64,000 nucleotides of DNA from Bugula neritina (taxonomy: Eukaryota > Animalia > Bryozoa): assembly GCA_964035545.1 (NCBI GenBank), contig OZ037771.1, positions 7,805,408 through 7,869,407 of the forward strand, given 5' to 3'. The notes under the pieces were generated by a model that was not told the origin of the DNA, searched no databases, and saw only the letters and a program-made list of their open reading frames with translations. Each line of letters opens with the position of its first letter. The stretch's first letter is position 1. Of the stretch, positions 15,901-27,905 are shown piece by piece. A program made the translations under genes and the position numbers.

Positions 15901-18900
15901 GAAATTTTCAAACTGCATTTTCTATACAAGAAAAAGACTATTTGAACATCTAAATATTGAACATGGAGCTAAGTTGAAAAAGCTACCCCCCCCCCCCCCA
16001 GCCTATTTACAGTACTGAGCTGTTAACAACTGCACTTTGTTTCTCACCTTTCTAGCGAGTCATGAGAAAAGTTGGTGTGGAATAAGAAGAGAGCCCAGGC
16101 TGACCCATTTTTGACGTAATCTTTCCCGACAGCAACAGAGTTGGTGTAGTGCTTAGTCATGACTTCTGAGTCCAGCTGGGTTATCAATGCATCAGACACA
16201 CTGATGTTTAGACCAAGGATAGAAACGCCAACATCTTTATTCACTATCTGCACATTCAGACCTTTAGGTGTGCCTGCAAACACCTAACCTAATTGAATTT
16301 AACAACTAAGTCACACTGGTAATAGTTGTCTAACAACTGAATGTAGTTATCTCTCCATGAAACCAGTACCCACATTTATTAACTGAGACGCTTTAGATTG
16401 CTAGGTAAACATTTTTATATGTGAAAATAAAACTCTTCAGCAAGTACCATGAATAACTACAAAATCAAACATGCAAGTTTCCACCATCTTCTCAAATCAA
16501 ATGAAGTTGAAACAAATTGTCTTGTTTGTTTCACAATAAAATAGATACTTCACTGAGCACAAAAGTGAAGGGCAATAAAATATGCCTGGCTATGAGGAAG
16601 TAAGCATGTGGACTAAAATCATTATATTTCATTCCATTTAGGAGCAGCCGTGGTCTAGGGGTTAGAGCGCTTGCCTAGTAAACACGAAGTTGTGGGTTGG
16701 AACCCCGACAAAGGCCATTGGTGATGTCATAATTGCTCCTGTGCCTCATCTGAATAAGTCCTTAGTCTGATTTAACAAAAACCATTTCCATCAGGGGTTT
16801 TCTCACATAGATGATAACTATAAACTTGCGTGAGGTAGTTTTTAAGTGTAGTAGTGGAGAAATTTTAATAATCTAAATTCTTGAATTTTTCAATATATTT
16901 TAGCTTGAGACGCTGGGGGGGGGTTGAAATTTTCGTGGGAACATAACTTCTCTTGCTATATTTCTAATCTAAGGCTTTTGTCAGTTTCCCCATTCCTGCA
17001 CCTACCTCCTTTATTCACTCTTTTTTTCTGTTCATTACAGAAAAGGTGGCATTATCTTATATCATGAAACCCTCTCATCAATATAAAAGAGTTTTAGTGG
17101 TTCTATTTTTAAACACTTGAGTAACAGGGTTGTTTACTTGGTGAGATAAGGTTACACCCATTGTAAGGTCGTTCAGGTCATAATATGGGACACTGATCTA
17201 GCAGCCCTAGGAATTGATGCTGCAAAACTACAGACAAGATAATTGGATAACAAGACAGAAGCAACTTAAACAGGCAGCGTATAAGTGACAACTTATAACT
17301 TACCTCCGATGCAAAACGCAAACAATGCAATCTGAATAGCTGGCAAGAGAAACTGAAAGAGCAAAAATCCAACATTCTTCCTCATCACATGTCCATTCTT
17401 TATGAGTAATGCAATGATGTTCCTCACTGTAACAGTACCAATGGGAAATAGTGTACGCTCATCATTCCTAACTGAGAACACTCAAAGTACAAAGTCTACA
17501 CACATATAAGCCACTTTATAAGCTTTGAAACACATATGCTGTTTAGTGTCAGTTTGGGAATTAGCAACTTCCAAACCTGCTTGAGCATTTTCCCACTAAA
17601 TGTAGAACAAGCCCCTCACTTGAAACTACCATATGGTGATAATACTATTGATTACTCACTCTTTGGGAAACCTGCACAGCAATTCTTGAAGTTATCCGAG
17701 CAATGGCTGCCTCTGTTATCATAACTAATGATAGCGACATCCTGAGGCACAGGCGGGGAGGAGAAGGGGGCATTCGGGTCGTTGGGGCTGATCATTCCAA
17801 CATCATCATCATTATAGCTTCCTTAAAGCAGAAGAGTTATGTACACTAATCAGCAGCTACACCAGACTAGCACTAAGAGGCACCGAGACAAGAAAAATTC
17901 AGTATTTTAGCCAATCAAATTAACTACTTACAGTAACAGCTGAAAATCAGCTGAGGGACAGGAGTTTTATCCTGAATATGATGAGAAAACCACACATTGT
18001 GCTATTAGTGGGATTTTACATAATCTTATTTTATATTTCACATTTATATGTGTACATTGCATACAGTCAGTTACTACATTTCACTTGGGTTTAACTTCCA
18101 TGCAGTTTGCCTGAGGTACAAATACAAGCTGATTACTTCAAGTGAATGTATCCACACCTCGCCTGCTGCGGTGTAGATACAATGTATCTGATATGTACCA
18201 TTTAGCAGCCGCTCTTTATCACTGTCTTTAGAATCTGGTGAATTGCCAAGTAGTAGTCGCTGCTCCCGGGTGGTTGAAGGACCTCTTTGCTGGAAGAGAA
18301 AGTAAATCAATATACTATACTTACTGTACTCTATCAGTATACTATATTTACTATACTCTATTAGTACACTATACTTCCTGTACTATACTTACTACACTAT
18401 ACTTACTACACTATACTTACTATACTATACTTACTATACTATACTTACCATAGACCCACCAGCAATGTTGTCCTCTCTGAGACAGAGATGTAGAAACACA
18501 TCTTCCAGACTGGGTTTACTAAATCTTTCTAATAGCAAGTCTGGGTGACCTTCGGCAAGAATACGGCCATTTCTCATAAGACCAACGCAGTTAGCTGCCC
18601 TAAAGTAAGTATATAATAGTAAGTATACAAAAGTAAGTAATAGTAAGTATACAAGAGTAAGTATATAAGAGTACGTATAGAGGAGTAAGTATATAAGAGT
18701 CAGTATAAGAGTAAGTATATAAGGGTAAGTATATCACTAGGTTCCCAAGCTTAGGAATGGATTTTTCATTCAAAGCAATAGGAACGCAGTGGGTATGGCA
18801 ATGCAGTGCAGGAAATTCCATCATCTATTTAGCAACTTAATTTTTTGGGAATTCCAGTTTTTGAAATGTAATATCACAACAGCTGGGAACAGCTTACAAT

Positions 18901-21900
18901 TATACAGTGACAGTACAGAGTATAGTGACAGTACAGAGTATAGTAACAGTACAGAGTATAGTGACAGTACAGAGTATAGTAACAGTATATAGTATAGTAA
19001 CAGTACAGAGTATAGTAACAGTAGAGAGTATAGTAACAGTACAGAGTATAGTAACAGTAGAGAGTATAGTAACAGTAGAGAGTATAGTAACAGTACAGAG
19101 TATAGTAACAGTACAGAGTATAGTAACAGTACAGAGTATAGTAACAGTACAGTACCTAGCCTCCTCTATGTAATGTGTGGTAATTATTATAGTGGTGCTA
19201 TTAGTTGTTGAAATGCCAATCAGGTGCTCCCAGATTCTCTGTCTTAGTAATGGATCCACACCGACAGTGGGTTCGTCTAGGATGAGTATCTAATAAAGTA
19301 ATGGAGTCAATGTTATATGCTATATAGTATGTATTGTATACTATATAGTGCATACTATATAATATATAATACATACTATATAGCATATACTATAATATAG
19401 TATAGAGTATATACTATATAATATATACTATATAGTATATACTATATAATATACATTGCATACTACATTGCAGGTACTATATGAATTATACTATATACTA
19501 CATACCATCTCGAAACCTAACTAAGTGTACTAAAGTTTTACCTGAGGTATAAAATAGCTTTTCATTAGTTTTCAATATTTAAATATTGGATTCTCTCATT
19601 CAATAAATGGGAACTGTATATTGAATTAAACATCAAGCAGAAACTTGTTCGTTATTTAAAGATTTTCAACAATACTGACAGTAATTTCTAAAGGTTTCCA
19701 TCGAAAGATGGCTATTGGGCCAATGGCAGCAGAATTTTAGATGCTAATGAATTTAGTACAAATAATCAAAAAGTTTTACATTTATTATTCATCTATACTA
19801 GTTTCTGAGTTTAGTTTTTGTAAATGGTATCAGATATTACTATTATGGAAGCATCGAGTTTTCAGAAAACCAAGTAAATGCGGTAATAGTTGATAGAAAT
19901 TTTTACAAGCACCACTTGTTGACCATTTTCGGAGCACACCTTGGTAACCTTGTGACATTCAAGTCTATTCATGTTTAAGAACTAATGCAATGAAATTCAA
20001 ACATCCCACATTTCAGTAGAACTGCAGTGTATTCAGTGTCGACCCGTGATATAACTCCAATGATATCTTTCTGCTAAGTCATACCTAAACTGTTACTGTA
20101 TATTTAGATCTAAAGAATTCTTAATCACACATCATAGTTCTACCCAACACTTTCTTTTATGTATAATCTCTCTCCCAGTAATAAAATCCCGCATTATTAA
20201 TATATAAGATGACAAAGTATGTACTATTTATCAATGTATCTAGTAAAGTACATGATTCCTACATTTTAAGGTGAAATACTAGAACAGCCGGTCAGATATG
20301 GTGATTATCAAGAATTGTATTATATAAAGTGATAACATCTCCATTGCAAATAGTGAGGCTTACTGAGGAGAATGGAGTAAGAAATAGTGGGGCTTACTTG
20401 AGGAGAATGGAGTAAAGCTACGGCCAAAGAGACTCTCCTTTGCTGGCCTCCACTCAGCTGGCTAATTTTTCTCCCAGCACTAGGCAAATCTAGAAAACTG
20501 AGTAAGAACGTCTGCCTGTCTTTAATCTGCTTCCCTGAAAGAGGTCAAATAAAAAGCTTCAACACTTGATCACACTGCCAAATGGCTACAGATAAATTCT
20601 AAAACATCAAAATGATTACACAAAAAGTGCTATTGCAGTGACCATAGCTGTGTCACTGGAATGGTGAAGAGCACATTGTACAAAGGTGTATATAACACAA
20701 ACACATACCAGACATTCTGTGTATACGGCCAAAGAAGTGCATCGTTTCGCTGATGGTAAACTCCTGGAAGAGTGCTAACTCCTGAGGCATGTAACCAACC
20801 CTTGAGCCCGGAATTTTACTCTCTGAAACAAAAATAGTACATCATGGTGTATAGAAATACATCACCTGGCAGTTACATATATCCAGCCTTCTACCACTCA
20901 GCTACGTAGTAGAGACTGGGCTCAATTCTATTCCATTATGTTTGGCTCTTATTTTATTAGTTTCAAAGACAAAAGAACTTACAAACACAGCTGCTTAAAA
21001 ATTGGTAAATTATGAGGGCATAGCAAATTGTGTATCTGAAGGTATCCGAAAGACTATTAAACTCATAGCCAAACCTTCACTGTAATGCAATCAGAGAAGA
21101 AACTTAACTACATGTGAAATAGTGAGAACAAAGTATTTTGAATATGAAAAATGCAACTCTGTTTTAATTTACACAAGCAACTCATTTTTGCATATTTTCA
21201 CAAGCAGTCATTCAGCAAATTTTTGCTATGCTCAGTTTTTGAATCTCAAATTATCTGTGCGTTTGACAGGAGGGTGAGAGTGACAGTGAGTATATGACAG
21301 TGAGTATATGACAGTGAGTATATGACAGTGAGCATATGACAGTGAGTATATGACAGTGAGTATATGACAGTGAGTATATGACAGTGAGTATATGACAGAG
21401 AGTATATGACAGTGAGTATATGACAGTGAGTATATGATAGTGTGAAGTAATTTTTCAGCTGCAATGCAATAGCCCTAGCCAGAGTCATCTAACAAAAGTA
21501 TATATATTGAACTCAGTAATTGAATGTTATATGAAGGGGGCAAATAGCCCTACCAACAGCTACTGTTTTGTTGTGAAGACTTGCTGTAAAGACTAATTAG
21601 CTAATCAGTTATTTTAATTCTATCTAATTAGAAAATAATATTATTTTATTGGGATAATTTGTTAAAAGTTTACAAATCAAAAGCAACATGCTAAGAAAAA
21701 CCTTTATGTCTCTCTCATTTAGTTGATAAATTTTACTATTTATTCAAGTTGGGACTTTATTTCAATACAATATTCAAACAATATAAATTGCAATTTCAAC
21801 TCAACTGCTAAAGCAGAGCTTTTAGACATTTATGCAATGGCTAGGTTAGGTTTCCAAGTTCACCATACTCTCATTAGATGACTCTGGCTGCAACCAAATC

Positions 21901-22329
21901 ATACATACCAACTGTTCCGGGCATGTGTCCTAGCACCCTTACTTTACCACTGGTTGCTTTCAGTCTACCAATAATCAGCTTCAGCAAAGTTGTCTTCCCG
22001 CATCCACTAGGTCCCAGTAATCCATAAATGTTTCCTTTTCTTCAATGTTTCAAAACACAAAAACTCTTCATAAAATAATTGTGAGATATCGTAAACATAT
22101 TGCGTACTCTCATATATAAAATATTAGTCCACTATAAAAAATGAAATGAACTTTTAGTGCTAACGTCACATTGGCAGATCACTTTCTGTATTGCTACAGT
22201 TTGAGCTGACCAATCAGCAGACTCCTGTACTCACTTTACTAGCAGACTGGTGTCCTGAAGCACTGGCACCTTCTTGTTATACGACTTGTAGACATTTCTG
22301 ACATCAATAGCAGGCAGTAGAACCTCCAT
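12962..22329 (-). CDS. ABC half-transporter with NBD-TMD topology, ABCH / ABCG23-like; ~15 coding exons
   Basis: NBD exons (approximate): 22235-22329 ([17 protein letters not shown]), 21909-22039 (Walker [15 protein letters not shown]), 20709-20822 ([16 protein letters not shown]-loop), 20398-20534 ([19 protein letters not shown] signature), 19156-19289 ([18 protein letters not shown]...TTHYIEEA, Walker B and H-loop), 18448-18599. Linker and TMD exons at ~18155-18287, 17661-17822, 17302-17481 ([13 protein letters not shown]), 16048-16274, 15611-15754, 14636-14829 (FVAPGIM), 14006-14231 (ERSLVSGV), 13350-13506 ([11 protein letters not shown]) and 12962-13091 (VGRGW...HSA*). Confidence 0.92.
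13830..14000. repeat. 19-bp minisatellite (GTATGACTAATAGTACA-type) abutting an ABC-transporter splice donor
   Basis: Tandem TGACT(A/G)(A/G)TAGTACAGT units ending just before the exon boundary at ~14006. Confidence 0.85.
14954..15166 (+). mobile_element. tRNA-derived SINE, near full length
   Basis: tRNA-like head with A box (TGGTCTAGGAG) and B box (AGTTCGACACC), core GGCCATTGGTGATGTTAGGAAGAGCATCCAG, and tail ...GACTATAAACTTGCGTGAG. Homologous copies at 16641, 33587 and 3900. Confidence 0.85.
16641..16833 (+). mobile_element. tRNA-derived SINE copy with internal deletion
   Basis: GGAGCAGCCGTGGTCTAGGGGTTAGAGCG...AAAGGCCATTGGTGATG...ATAAACTTGCGTGAG. Confidence 0.85.
16846..17009. mobile_element. 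Short MITE family B copy (~160 bp)
   Basis: Imperfect TIR (GTAGTAGTGGAGAAATT ... TTTCCCCATTCCTGCACC) and internal GAACATAACTTCT, shared with 29148, 44615 and 57533. Confidence 0.75.
18903..19155. repeat. 18-bp minisatellite (TATAGTAACAGTACAGAG) starting at an ABC-transporter splice donor
   Basis: About 13-14 tandem units immediately adjacent to the exon end at ~19156. Produces the IVTVQS/CTVTIL ORFs. Confidence 0.95.
21280..21440. repeat. 14-bp minisatellite (TGACAGTGAGTATA)
   Basis: About 11 tandem copies in an ABC-transporter intron. Confidence 0.95.
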
Positions 22330-24713
22330 GACAAATCTAAAGGATAAAGCAGGCTAAAATAACGGCCTGGTATGCACTGTAATATTCTAAGTTAATGAAA
22401 GAGTTTACTCCAACCTTAGTTAAAAAAGAGGGAACAGCATTTAATATGTCAATTACATTTAGTTTCAGTTTGAACAGTATACACAATATAATACACCAAC
22501 ACAAATTCTCACCCTTAAAACATGTCTTTCAAAAGATTAAGTTTTACTTATTCAATTTAAATCCTTATATTGCACAAAAATCTTCTATGAAATGTCATTT
22601 TTATCGCCAGTGTGCTACCTACCAAATTTTCCATGTGCCTGTAACAATTAATAGATAGTATTCAAGCATATCTATACTTATCTGAAACATTTTGGTTATA
22701 AAATACATTTATACTGAGAGTGAGATAACCTTATCACTTTGGCCTTGAGACAAAGATATCTGGCCTAAGAATACACTGCACCCTGTAGTTGCATCTATAC
22801 AAAAGCTCATCTTGAAAGCACAGTACAGATTAGCAGATGTTTTTATGCTTATATGAATAGCCAGCCACACACTGCAGTTAGAATTAATAATAAGGGTATC
22901 CAAAGATCAACAGGCGGCAAAAAGATGGAGACAATGATATACAGATTAGTGGTGGTGCTATATTTAATCAATATAAACTTTGTACCAATAGGTAGTGGTG
23001 CTATATCTAATTAGTAAAAAATGTGTACTAATAAGGATTTAGAGGAGCATGTAGTTTATTGAAACTTTAAATTGTGTAAAGGCACTAGGGCCAGTTTACT
23101 TTATTTATCAAACACTGATTTTTTTTCCTTCTTTGCTTATTCTATAAAATTCTAGCTGCTAATGTATATTTCTTTTGTCCAAAACTAATTATATATTTAC
23201 AAATAAAACTAAATAATATATACTTTTAAAAATACCATATATAATTCATTCTAATAAATTTTGAACCGATTTTTATGTTTAAGCCTAATTTGCTAGTGTG
23301 TGCTAAATAAAGTAGGATGGCCCACTACATGTAGGCTAGATGTTCCAGCTGAGATAAAATATATTTGTAAATATATTGTTCTTTTAAAAGTTTAGAAGCA
23401 GTTTAAAACATGGTTTTGTTTTCTCAATACAGCCAACTAGATGCATAATTGTTTCTATATATGAAAACTGCTCTTTTCCTTAGATATCTTAGATATCTAC
23501 TGTTATTAAAACAATTTTCAATTCAATAAACAAATGTTATCTATTATCTAACTCAAATGTGAATGATTTATTGACTGCTGTTATGTTGGTGAACAGCATT
23601 TTTATCTAGAACTCCTTGCTAATGATCATAATTTTTGAAGAATTATTTTAATTACTGACAAAAATAATGATAATTATCTTGAACCCTAGGTTTAATCACT
23701 ATAAATTACCCTCATGAGCAATTACGAAAATATATTATTAAAACTCCAATTTGTTTGGTTATTAAAATGCTTTTATATGCTAATAGATCTATAAAAAAAA
23801 CTATACCATGTTTTGCACGCAGGGTTAGAGCACACTAACTTAAATAGAGGTCAATGAGGTTCAGCAAGCATGTATGGTGAATATTTGACCAAAGAAATCA
23901 ACAAACTTGAAGAAGCCATGAAAATATAAAGGAGCTATTGCAATAATAGCTGAAAAAGTAATATCCATACAGTCATACTAATGCTAATGGCAGATAACGT
24001 AAAGAGTAACTTAAACTGATACTGCGTAGTTAAACTGTAAACCATGGTGATGCTGGTAGTCCTGCACTTGGAGATAACAAGCTGTGAAATACATATCATG
24101 AGGATACTAATCCTAACAGTCTAGGATACATCTCAAAGCATCTACTCTTAGAATTAGTTATCTGAACTAAATAACTGACTTTTAGTTAAATTTGATGTCA
24201 ACATATGTGAAATTTCGTGCTTTTAATTGGTAATCACCTATTTAAGTTCATTTAAGTCATGCTTACTGTCACTATCTGCAATATCAACGTACGATTTTAG
24301 CAATTATTTGACTCTACGATTGGATAATATAATCATTATCGGTCCTAAAAACTAAAAGATAGATAGGACAGGTATTAGGAATTAATGAAATATGATTATA
24401 ATAATAATTATAATATTCAATTTTAAATTGATATTTACATGGAACATAATATTACAATATGAATATGAGCAATCATATAAGTTAATTAATAACTAAAATC
24501 ATAAAATTTAATGACAATTATCATTTTAATGAATATAAAAGTCAAGGTCATAAGCTGATGCATATTGATATTGACTATTGAGTTTGGTTCTAATGTTCAA
24601 CATAGTTAACAATAATTATTAGGTCTAATAGCTCAATTACTATTAGTATTAGTATCACTATTAGTCTAGCGAGCAACCAGAATATAAATATTTATGTTGT
24701 TTGGAATCCCGAA

Positions 24714-24786
24714 GCCCCTGTAGCGTAATTGGTTAGCGCGCCTGCTTGCAAGCCGGAGGTCTGTGGTTTGAATCTCGGTGGGGGTA
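24714..24786 (+). pseudogene. tRNA-like unit, copy 1 (B box mutated to GGTTTGAATCT)
   Basis: GCCCCTGTAGCGTAATTGGTTAGCGCG...TGGGGGTA. Acceptor and D stems pair; anticodon and T stems are defective. Confidence 0.7.
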
Positions 24787-25178
24787 ATTATTTTACAAGC
24801 TATTTCGGCCTTGTCTTGTGGAAGTACTCTCAGGGAGTTGAGTGGCGAGTGAAGCCCATAAACTGACAGAGTACGTGGGGGCCAGTGCAGTTCTGATATT
24901 TACATGGAACATAATATTACAATATGAATATGAGCAATCATATAAGTTAATTAATAACTAAAATCATAAAATTTAATGACAATTATCATTTTAATGAATA
25001 TAAAAGTCAAGGTCATAAGCTGATGCATATTGATATTGACTATTGAGTTTGGTTCTAATGTTCAACATAGTTAACAATAATTGTTAGGTCTAATAGCTCA
25101 ATTACTATTAGTATTAGTATCACTATTAGTCTAGCGAGCAACCAGAATATAAATATTTATGTTGTTTGGAATCCCGAA

Positions 25179-25251
25179 GCCCCTGTAGCGTAATTGGTTA
25201 GCGCGCCTGCTTGCAAGCCGGAGGTCTGTGGTTTGAATCTCGGTGGGGGTA
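25179..25251 (+). pseudogene. tRNA-like unit, copy 2
   Basis: Same sequence as copy 1, offset 465 bp. Confidence 0.7.
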
Positions 25252-25396
25252 ATTATTTTACAAGCTATTTCGGCCTTGTCTTGTGGAAGTACTCTCAGGG
25301 AGTTGAGTGGCAAGTGGAGCCCATAAACTGACAGAGTACGTGGAGGTCAGTGCAGTTCTGGAGAGAACTGGGTGGGATGTTGTTTGGAATCCCGAA

Positions 25397-25469
25397 GCCC
25401 CTGTAGCGTAATTGGTTAGCGCGCCTGCTTGCAAGCCGGAGGTCTGTGGTTCGAATCCCGGTGGGGGCA
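25397..25469 (+). tRNA. tRNA-like gene or pseudogene, copy 3; anticodon ambiguous (TGC or GCA)
   Basis: 7-bp acceptor stem GCCCCTG/TGGGGGC, D arm GCGT/GCGC, intact A box TAGCGTAATTGG and B box GGTTCGAATCC, followed by ATTATTTT. The anticodon loop is only 6 nt (TTGCAA) and the T stem is mismatched, so it is not a canonical tRNA. Confidence 0.5.
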
Positions 25470-25799
25470 ATTATTTTACAATTTAATAGTAATAAAATCT
25501 AATCATAATAAAGTGATAATGATAAGGATAAAATTAAATAATGGTAAATTTCTTATTTCAATTAATATCATAATTATTACTTATATTATTGGTATCAATT
25601 TCAAACCAAATCAAATAGAATTTCAGTGGTTAGTACTAGTAGACAGTGCAGGCACCAGCACTGTGACTGAAATTTTGTTATAAACTAAAACAGTTAATCA
25701 CATTCATATTGATATTGAATTCATAGATAAAAAATCTTATTTAAAAACCAGAAGTTTCATCAGTTAAACTTGAAGTTAATATAAATTAAAATGTATTTA

Positions 25800-26290
25800 T
25801 AGTTATAGTTATAGTAATACTAATAGTAATAGACATAGCAATTCTAATACTAAATCTAATAGTAATACCAATAGTAATAGTGATCTACTTTTTAACTTTA
25901 GTCTTTACTAGGCCTAGTAGTACTACTAGTAGTACTAGTAGTAGTAGTAGTAGTAGCAGTAGTAGTACTACTACTACTAGTAGTAGTAGTAGTACTACTA
26001 CTACTAGTACTACTAGTAATAGACTAGTACTACTACTACTACTACTAGTACCACTACTATTACTACTACTATTACTACTACTAGTAGTACCACTACTATT
26101 ACTACTACTACTATTATTATAGTCTATAATTATAATAATAATATTATTAATTATTATTATACCTACGGCTAGTACTAGTACTAGTACAGTACTAGTACTT
26201 ACTAGTAGTACCAGTACTACTAATAAAATAAAATACCAGCAGTAGCAGTAGATTAGTTGCAACAGTTTTTATTGCAACCTAGTAGTAGTA
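25800..26290. repeat. (TAG/TAC/TAA)n low-complexity tract
   Basis: Runs of TAGTAG and TACTAC; spurious poly-S/T/L ORFs. Confidence 0.92.
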
Positions 26291-27905
26291 AGAACAGGTT
26301 TAAAAAGATATATTGGAAATAGTCAACTACCTCGATTAAATTTAATGAGTATAACTATATGTTAGTGGTCGAAATTACTATAGCAAGCTGTAGCTGCAAT
26401 GCATAGCCATGGTGAAATGAATGGTTAGATGCATCACAAAGTTTGGGGATCACTGAATGATATCTCTACAGACATCGCTTTCCCGAATTCCAAACTTGAG
26501 CGGCTGAATCACCGCTAGGTTTGCGCTGCTTCAAGCGATTTCCCACGAATGAAAGTGTCCGCTAGTAGCTTATGATCAATGCTGCCGCTAAAAGCTAGTG
26601 TACCGATTATTGAATAGCCCCCTTCCCCGCACACTTCATAGGCATTTTCTGACATTTTTAGCTCTTAGATTATAGACAGCAAGGTGATAGAAGAGAACAC
26701 CCTCACACGGATTTTCTATCTACATGTTGCGAGAGCGCAACCCCCAAAAGTGCACAACTGCCCAACACAAAATTTTAATTTGTATTGACTAACCTGAATT
26801 GCAACAACTAGTAATGCACTAATCCTAAAATAATTTTATTGAGTAGATCAACCACCATGCTTTTGAGCTAAAAATAAGTTTGAATGGCTAACAGAATCAA
26901 AGGTACATTCACAAAAATGAGGCCAGATTCACGGTAGATTACATAATTCAATTAATATATTTTACAGTAGTTGAAGATGAACATGTATTATAAAAACCTT
27001 ATAATATTTCTGATATGAAATTAGTATATTCCAAAGAACAATAAATATAAACCGATGAATACTCTTACATCTATATAGAAACTTGACTATCTTTCCTATG
27101 AAGTCAACAGTGCACAAGATATATAACCAATGAGCAATATACCAACGATAGTTACAAAGTACAAGTGTTCGAAAACTACACAAAGTGAAAGAAAAAAGAA
27201 ATATAATACAAATTACAAATGCTTTCTATGCCTTTATAACAAATGGGTACAGTGCAAAAGTAATTTAGACTTATAAAAACTAAAAATAACAACAGCCATC
27301 AGTATTTTCAAAATACATAATAGGATAAAACACTCCATAATATTATTGTTTATAGCGTAAAACAAACAATCTATATACAACTCAGTACAACCTTCTTCTA
27401 AGAATGCTGCCTTATGATCAGAGTACAATATAAAGGCAAAAGTGTAAAAACCTTTGAAGTAACCTTTAGTGATAAATACTAATAGTAGCAACAACACTGT
27501 GCAACACAAGTATATCAGCAACTATAGTTCATATACAAGTATATAAAGTGCATGAACTATTCAAATTTTCAGAGAGTATGATAACCATAGTTTTACTGTG
27601 AAATATTATAAACCAAAATGAGACTAAATTGAGTAAAATAGTTCTAGAAACTAGCAATTAATTTTACACAATATATAAGCAGTTTTGCACTCTATATAAG
27701 TTGCATTCAACAAAGCACTGCCTGTACATTTCCCATGTGTAATTACAATCATGCAATATTGATCTGTAAGGTTTCAAAAATTTTATAAATCATGAGATAT
27801 GTTATTTATTAACCCCTAACTAACTTTACCATGTTGCGTATTAGAAATCCTAATCTGTACACTCGTCTACGTGGAAATGACGTCATTCCGACAGCTAGCA
27901 GCGAG

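Larger units (their letters stand above)
24429..25359. repeat. Recent 465-bp tandem duplication
   Basis: 24429-24893 is repeated nearly identically at 24894-25359; each copy includes a tRNA-like unit. Confidence 0.92.

Noticed and set aside
25397-25469. Functional tRNA-Cys(GCA) or tRNA-Ala(TGC)
   Set aside because: Six-nt anticodon loop and two T-stem mismatches are incompatible with a canonical cloverleaf; kept only as tRNA-like.
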